Origin: Alphaproteobacteria bacterium casp-alpha6
GTDB taxonomy: Bacteria; Pseudomonadota; Alphaproteobacteria; Rhodobacterales; Rhodobacteraceae
Assembly (NCBI GenBank): GCA_001510135.1
Contig: LFER01000063.1
Location: 6,879 to 70,878, forward strand
Direction: 5' to 3'
DNA: 64,000 nt
Below the pieces are notes generated by a model. It was not told where the DNA came from. It made no database searches and worked only from the letters and a program-made list of their open reading frames with translations. The position numbers and the translations under genes were made by a program. Below are positions 62,344 through 64,000 of this stretch, piece after piece. The stretch's first letter is position 1. Each line of letters opens with the position of its first letter.

Positions 62344-63063
62344 TTAGGCCGCCTCTTTGAGGGTTTTGGAAGCATCTGCGACCGCATCCTCGGCTTCGTG
62401 ACTGACGATCACCCTGTCCTCAAAACCTTTTGACAGCCTGATCCCGAACTGGATAAATCGGAATAGCAAGAGCGCCATGGAAAGAGGCATGATTGCATAG
62501 GGAATAACCCGTGGCAGTTTTTCATACCGGTCACCGTCGTTAAAAATCACACCCAGCCATTGTAGCCAGTCGGGCATGTAGATGTCGTTGACCTCATACC
62601 ACCCCTGACCCCGGACCGAATTGAAGCCCGTCGGGAACCAGCGACCAGACGTAGGGTTAAGATTGGCGAACGGGGCCCAGTAATCCCATCCCCCTTTTAA
62701 AAGCAAGAATGCGAATGCGATACAAACGGATATCGTCACAAGCGCCATAGCTTTGCGAACTGGCGACGACGCAAGATCGATAAGCACATCCACACCCAAA
62801 TGAGCGCGCACCTTTACTGCGTAGCTCGCCCCCAATAGAACCAGCCAAGCAAAGAGAAAGACTGTAACCTCCAACGCCCAGAGAAGGTTCGTTGGCAAAC
62901 CAAGCGCCTCGACAAACGGTTTCCAATCTGGATCTGCAAACCAGTAGCGCACGACGACATTGGCAAATTGTATCAAAGTCATCAAACCGAGGATGAGCGC
63001 GATTAGCGTTTCCTCAATATTGTTCACTACACGTCCAAGAGCGGTTTTTTCCCAATGGTTCAT
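62344..63063 (-). CDS. dctQ: TRAP transporter small permease
   Basis: 239-aa ORF with four TM spans, between the DctP- and DctM-type genes. Longer than many DctQ proteins because of a Trp-rich loop (..GGWDYWAPFANLNPTSGRWFPTGFNSVRGQGWYEVNDIYMPDWLQW..). Confidence 0.82.
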   Translation of the reverse strand: MNHWEKTALGRVVNNIEETLIALILGLMTLIQFANVVVRYWFADPDWKPFVEALGLPTNLLWALEVTVFLFAWLVLLGASYAVKVRAHLGVDVLIDLASSPVRKAMALVTISVCIAFAFLLLKGGWDYWAPFANLNPTSGRWFPTGFNSVRGQGWYEVNDIYMPDWLQWLGVIFNDGDRYEKLPRVIPYAIMPLSMALLLFRFIQFGIRLSKGFEDRVIVSHEAEDAVADASKTLKEAA

Positions 63064-63125
63064 GCCGATCCCCTCCCCGCGATAATGAATGGCCCCGGCA
63101 AACCGGAGCCATTCGTAGCTTTATA

Positions 63126-64000
63126 TCAATTTTGGGCGTTAATCGCCTGCGCGGCATCGATGTTGCCCTGACCAACATCACCGACAAACTTTGACCAGAC
63201 CGGCATCATCGCATCGACCCAAGCCTGACGTTGTTCTGCGCTCAATTCACGGATCACACCACCCGCGTCGAGAATTGCCTGACGCGCTTGCGCGTCAACT
63301 TCGCCAACAGCAGCATTCCGAGATTCGGTCACTTCCGTCAGAATTGTCAGGAACTGATCACGGGTACCTGCGTCAAGTGAATCGAGCCAATCAACAGAGG
63401 CAACGACCATGTAGTCGATAATACCGTGATTGGTTTCGGTTGTGCCGTCCTGTACTTCAAAGAACTTCTGGCCATAGATATTCGACCAAGTGTTTTCCTG
63501 ACCATCAACAACACCCTGCTGGAGAGCGCCATAGACTTCCGAGAAAGCCATCGCTTGCGGGGACACGCCGATCGCTTCCATCTGTGCCTTGATCACGTCT
63601 GAGGGCTGTACACGAAACTTCAGACCCGCAGCGTCAGTCGGAAGGGTCAACGCCTTGTTGGCTGACATTTGCTTCATTCCGTTATGCCAGAAAGCCAAAC
63701 CCTGCAGGCCACGCTTAACCATCGACGACTTCATTGCCTGACCCGTTTCAGAATTCTGGAATTGGTCAACCGCAGAGATGTTCTTGAACATGAAAGGAAG
63801 ATCAAAGATACGGAAGACCTTTGTGAAGGTTTCGAACTTGGACAAGGAAGGCGCTGCCAGCTGGACATCGCCCTGAAGCATCGCTTCTAGTACCTGATCA
63901 TCATTATAAAGAGTCGAGTTTGGGAAAACCTCCATACAGGCTTTGCCATTCATCTCGGTATTCACCCGTTCTGCCAGCAGGCTTGCCGCGATGCCCTTCG
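63126..64000 (-). CDS. dctP: TRAP transporter substrate-binding protein, 5' end cut by window edge
   Basis: The track ORF starts at an internal GTG (63965). The frame stays open to base 64000 (..KGIAASLLAERVNTEMNGKACMEVFPNSTLYNDDQVLEAMLQGDVQLAAPSLSKF..), matching the DctP family core. Confidence 0.88.
   Translation of the reverse strand, partial: KGIAASLLAERVNTEMNGKACMEVFPNSTLYNDDQVLEAMLQGDVQLAAPSLSKFETFTKVFRIFDLPFMFKNISAVDQFQNSETGQAMKSSMVKRGLQGLAFWHNGMKQMSANKALTLPTDAAGLKFRVQPSDVIKAQMEAIGVSPQAMAFSEVYGALQQGVVDGQENTWSNIYGQKFFEVQDGTTETNHGIIDYMVVASVDWLDSLDAGTRDQFLTILTEVTESRNAAVGEVDAQARQAILDAGGVIRELSAEQRQAWVDAMMPVWSKFVGDVGQGNIDAAQAINAQN

Noticed and set aside
62344-63063. Unusually long (239 aa) DctQ as a possible fusion
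   Set aside because: The extra length is a single Trp-rich loop between TM segments, with no second domain. This is within the known variability of TRAP small subunits.

Overview
This 64-kb segment reads like the core chromosome of a marine alphaproteobacterium. It is most likely a moderately low-GC member of the Rhodobacterales. That placement is an inference from gene content and synteny: lptF-lptG-lptD-surA-pdxA-rsmA divergent from pepA-holC, prfA-prmC, DUF4167, DUF2852, TRAP and FbpAB transporters, an RlmI-like methyltransferase/PIN pair, and an Irr-like Fur regulator. I call about 63 protein-coding genes (two cut by the window edges), one frameshifted methyltransferase pseudogene, one tRNA-Pro(UGG), three hairpin terminators and one operator-like palindrome. 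Genes are tightly packed, with many ATGA/TGATG stop-start overlaps. I found no rRNA, CRISPR array, transposase, integrase, prophage or recognisable defence system, and I see no convincing novel multi-gene system here. What merits a second look is a set of local anomalies. (1) The ORF in the lptD slot is only about 240 aa and appears to have lost most of the beta-barrel in frame. (2) A low-GC pocket between trpE and cimA holds a methyltransferase broken in an A7 run and an orphan 209-aa protein made of two diverged modules that share an invariant IMTGNNAG motif. (3) An AT-rich tract of about 0.9 kb has no ORFs. (4) A sulfotransferase is followed by a string of tiny membrane ORFs next to the 3' end of tRNA-Pro. 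(5) A PIN-domain protein is translationally coupled to an RlmI-like RNA methyltransferase. (6) A perfect 12-bp palindrome lies upstream of edd-eda. All family assignments come from reading the translated ORFs by eye. No database search or numerical composition analysis was run.
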